In this document: positions 60,574-64,000 of the stretch, piece by piece | How the letters are laid out: each line of letters opens with the position of its first letter | Position numbering within the stretch: position 1 is the first letter of the stretch | Source: Blepharisma stoltei ATCC 30299 | Taxonomy: Eukaryota; Protista; Ciliophora | Direction of reading: 5' to 3' | Length of the DNA stretch: 64,000 bases | Assembly: GCA_965603825.1 (NCBI GenBank) | Contig: CBFDEM010000028.1 | Span: 372,001-436,000, forward strand | The notes under the pieces: model-generated | Databases searched by the model: none | Told to the model about the DNA's origin: nothing | Seen by the model: the letters and a program-made list of their open reading frames with translations, nothing else | Program-made: the position numbers and the translations under genes

Positions 60574-61896
60574 TTATCCAAGCCTAATTTCTTCTTTCAG
60601 CATTGTTCCTGGCTCCGTTCTACTTCCATGCGCTAATTGAGAGTTCAAGACTTTAGACTTACTCCCTACCACAGCTCTAGAGCAAATGATGCTGTTATTA
60701 ATATTCGACTCATCTTCTATTATCACATGATCCATAATAACACTTTGCACAATTTTGCATCCTTTGCCAATAGTCACATCTTTCCCTATGATTGATTTTG
60801 TAATGCTTGATTTTTGTCCCATCACTATATTTTCAGCAATAATCGAATCATTTGAAATACTTTTCATCTCTGGGGGAATATTATTTGTTATCTTTCCAGC
60901 TCTGTAATAGTTGTTTAATATATTTCTTGCGTTATTTCCTGTGCTTTCAAGGACCATTGGGATTGGCTTCGCTTCTTGTTTTTTCTTTTCGTCATTCGCC
61001 AGTGGTCTGAGCTTAAGCATATTGGTTTCTAAATATTGCTTGATGAGTTGGACTCTTCTGCAAAAAGCGTCTTCAGGGCATAAATAAAAAGTGATTTTAA
61101 ACGTTTTTATAGGGATTTTCCCTGGTTCTTCTTCGTCGCTATCTTCTTCGTACGCAAATTGGTGTAAAAATAAGCTTGAAAATTGTTTTTTGAGAAGGAA
61201 AGGGACGAGATCTTCTTTGATATCAAGCATCATCTCAATTTTGTCGTCATCACTAGTAAGGATATTATTTAATAGTCACTTTTTAAATAAATAGCAGTAA
61301 GATGAAATCATGTCATTTCTCAACTCAATTTGTGGGCATTTTTGTAATAATCTTTTTGGCAAAACAAGCCCATCTGAATCACTAATATTGATCCAATCAA
61401 AAATCGTAAGGACCCTATTTTCATTGACTCCAAAAATTTGCATTTCTTCATTAGCTGCAGTCCCATTATGCAGCAGCATAGAAAATGACGAATTTTCTAT
61501 ACGAAATTGTTTTATAAAATCCGGAATAATGGTATGGTCTACTAATAAATCACAGCTGACTACCATAATATCAGATGTTATCAGCTTCTGAGAAAATAAA
61601 TATCGGAGAGTGCCAAGAGTTCCAGGAAATTCCTCAGGGACGTTTATGACGTTATATGTGTTGGAATTGAGTTGAATATATCTGCTTAAAAATTCAGAAA
61701 TTTCAGTGTAGTATTGATCATTTGTTGCGATTAGGATTCCACGACTGAAATCTTCACCAGACCTGTCAAGAGTTTCAAGAATGTAAGCGAGCATAGGCTT
61801 GTTTCCAATAGGAAGAAGGGCTTTTGGGGTGTGATTTGCGAGAGGGTATAGCATTTGGCCTCTGCCTCCTGCAAGAACTACTACTTGAAATGCCAT
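60574..61896 (-). CDS. EIF2B3: Translation initiation factor eIF2B gamma subunit
   Basis: FQVVVLAGG..PKALLPIGNKPML; VSCDL; YLFKKW(TGA); IKEDLVPFL; left-handed beta-helix repeats. Confidence 0.85.
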
Positions 61897-62406
61897 TATT
61901 CTTATAAATAATTGTCAATCAAAAGGGACGCTAGATTAGCTTACGCTAATTTATGTGAAGTTCTTTAAAATTATTTATGTGAAAAAGAGCTTGCAGCTTA
62001 TTGAAATTTTTATAATAAAGTAAGGAAGTTATATAATTACTCAATGGAAGAATTTAAATCCATGCGACCCTTATGACATTCATAAATAATATTCAATAAT
62101 TTTATAATCTTAATATATAATAAGCAATATAAGGAAATGCCATATTAATTCGAGATTGTAAAATTATTATCATTCTCTAACTTATTTACATTAATTTTAT
62201 TTTTTCTGCATTTTTCATGGATTATTTTTTTGATTATATCTAAAGGCAGCATGCATTTTCCTATCAGTCCCTATTATTTCCCAATAATATTAATTAAATT
62301 ATCTCAAACTTAGTAAAAGCTTTAAAATATTTTTAAAATTTTCACCAACTCAGGAAAGAATTACATTATAATAGCAATTAAAAATAGCAAGCACTGCTTC
62401 AATGCT

Positions 62407-62622
62407 TTAAAATATTTCACTGAATGAATCTGTATTGATTTGAATACAATTTTGTTTCTTATTAGACTGAGATTGGGAAGACGTTGATCTTGAATCTAAA
62501 CATTCTCATATATGAAGAATTTCATCAGGGTTAACTTCAACAAATCGTTGAGGAGCTGCTGACGGCTGGATTACTCGTGTATTTGGTCTTGTGCTAAGAG
62601 AACAAATATCTGATTCATTCAT
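62407..62622 (-). CDS. Possible 71-aa protein (absent from ORF track)
   Basis: MNESDICSLSTRPNTRVIQPSAAPQRFVEVNPDEILHIW(TGA)ECLDS..SEIF; coincides with a GC-richer patch. Confidence 0.4.
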
Positions 62623-63483
62623 TTCACTATTAAAATTATATTATATTAGCCCCAATATTTAATGTTTCTATTGATTTCTATTGCAATAAAATAATATTAA
62701 ATTTAAATTAATTAGTGCAGACACCTAATGAGAAAAATGATTAAAAAATAATTGATATATTTTATTAGCGTTCATGATTTTCACTAAAATATTACTCTTG
62801 CTCTCTAAAACATTTGGATTTTTAATTATTTGGAGAAGAAAAAGGCGGAAATCAAAGAAATTAATTAAAAGAAGCTGGTCTTCAAATTTTCTTCAAAAAA
62901 TATGGATGTGTCGTTTGAAACGCGTATTAACTTTTATTGAAAGAATGAAGAATTTTGCTTATTTATATACTTATTTATAATTATAATTAATTTAAACATT
63001 AAATAATTGCATTTTTTTCCTTTTATCATAAATGAAAATTTATGAATAAATTCATATTAAATATTGCATTCGACCTATTTCATATTAAAAAGCTATTAAA
63101 TTCTTATAATTTCGTACATATTAAAAATTATAATAAATAAAAACTCTTTAATCTTGATAGCTATTTCTGCAAGATATTTTAACATAATATTGAAACAATG
63201 CAAATTCTACTTAACGGCTAAATTCCATAGCAAGAATTTGAAGAAATCACAAATATTAGAGGATAAGGTAGCTTTTCTAATTTTTTTCTCTCAATAATTT
63301 TTAAATTTCTAGCAAAATACAGCCATTTTATATCTAATAAATTAGTTACAAAATTTGAAAAATAGCTGCTTTCTCCATCTATTATACTAGCTAATCGAAT
63401 ACCTATTTTGAATTTTTCTCATATTTAATTTTCGCCAAAGTTTTATTGGCTCATAGCATAATTTTTACCACAAGTATTATAAT

Positions 63484-64000
63484 ATGGATTCACGTTTAAG
63501 TGCTTTCAACTCAGGACTTACAAAACTTACAGTTCCCCCTAGGCCACATTTAGATACTCAGCATTCTTCACCACACACTCCAAGTGACCACAGTCACAGT
63601 CCTTCTAAATCGTAATCTTAAAATCAGTCTGAGATCTAAAGGAAGTCCAGCAATACCCCCAAACGATGAGAGAGCCAATGCAAGAATTATACAAAACAAC
63701 TTAATTTATGTAATTAATTTGCCTCAATCAGCAGCTGACGACAGTTTACTTCGAAGTAAAGAATATTTTGGCCAATATGGACATATAAAGAAATGTTCCT
63801 TAAATCGTGGAGTTTTTGCAAATAATTCTAGCACGCCTGCATTTGGAGCTCATATAACGTTTTCAACAAGTGAAGAAGCAGCTTTATGCATAAAAGCTTG
63901 CGATAAATTTGAATTAGATTGGAAGCCGTTGACGGTAACATACGGTACTACAAAATACTGTAATTATTTTTTAAGTGGCACTCAGTGTCCTAAAAAGGAT
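63484..64000 (+). CDS. NOT4/CNOT4-like RRM + CCCH protein, partial, no N-terminal RING
   Basis: RIIQNNLIYV..EYFGQYG..AHITF..YGTTKYCNYFL..C; 16-nt intron 63612-63627. Confidence 0.82.
63612..63627 (+). other. 16-nt intron
   Basis: GTAATCTTAAAATCAG. Confidence 0.75.

Noticed and set aside
51525-62980. AT-rich short ORFs 51525-51716, 52461-52661 and 62774-62980
   Set aside because: Composition matches intergenic DNA (I/F/L/K/N-rich) and no motifs are present.
1-64000. Many genes appear fragmented, like pseudogenes, in the ORF track
   Set aside because: Every break examined is resolved by TGA=Trp or a 15-16 nt intron; no frameshift needs to be invoked.
1-64000. Germline IESs or transposase genes
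   Set aside because: No coding sequence is interrupted by a TA-bounded insert and no DDE or RT motifs were recognised; the window looks macronuclear.
1-64000. CRISPR arrays, operons or other prokaryotic systems
   Set aside because: The sequence is clearly eukaryotic and no repeat-spacer array was seen.

Overview
AT-rich, gene-dense eukaryotic DNA, most consistent with the somatic (macronuclear) genome of a heterotrich ciliate of the Blepharisma type. Two properties, both read directly from the sequence, explain most breaks in the supplied ORF track: TGA is read as Trp (only TAA/TAG terminate), and genes carry 15-16 nt GT..AG introns (11 found). Re-translated this way the window holds about 40 intact genes and one tRNA-Asn(GTT). 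They include a HECT E3 ligase, a K+-channel/adenylyl-cyclase fusion, a P4 flippase, a PMCA-type Ca2+ pump, two HP1-like proteins flanking a Josephin-UBX deubiquitinase, a sugar porter, a GH31 glucosidase, a cathepsin D-like protease, TAF5, two tandem copines, ATG8, PDCD5, a BI-1/lifeguard protein, CHMP2, a RAD1-like clamp, NDUFS4, eIF2B-gamma and a RING-less NOT4-like protein. Several small genes are missing from the ORF track. The best candidates for something undescribed are the HP1/Josephin-UBX/HP1 cassette with a shared upstream G6TTA motif, a hidden two-intron mitochondrial-type microprotein, and a gene-free 50.6-53.3 kb block with a direct-repeat-flanked GC-richer insert and a degenerate inverted repeat. 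Homology calls come from motif recognition only; no searches were run.
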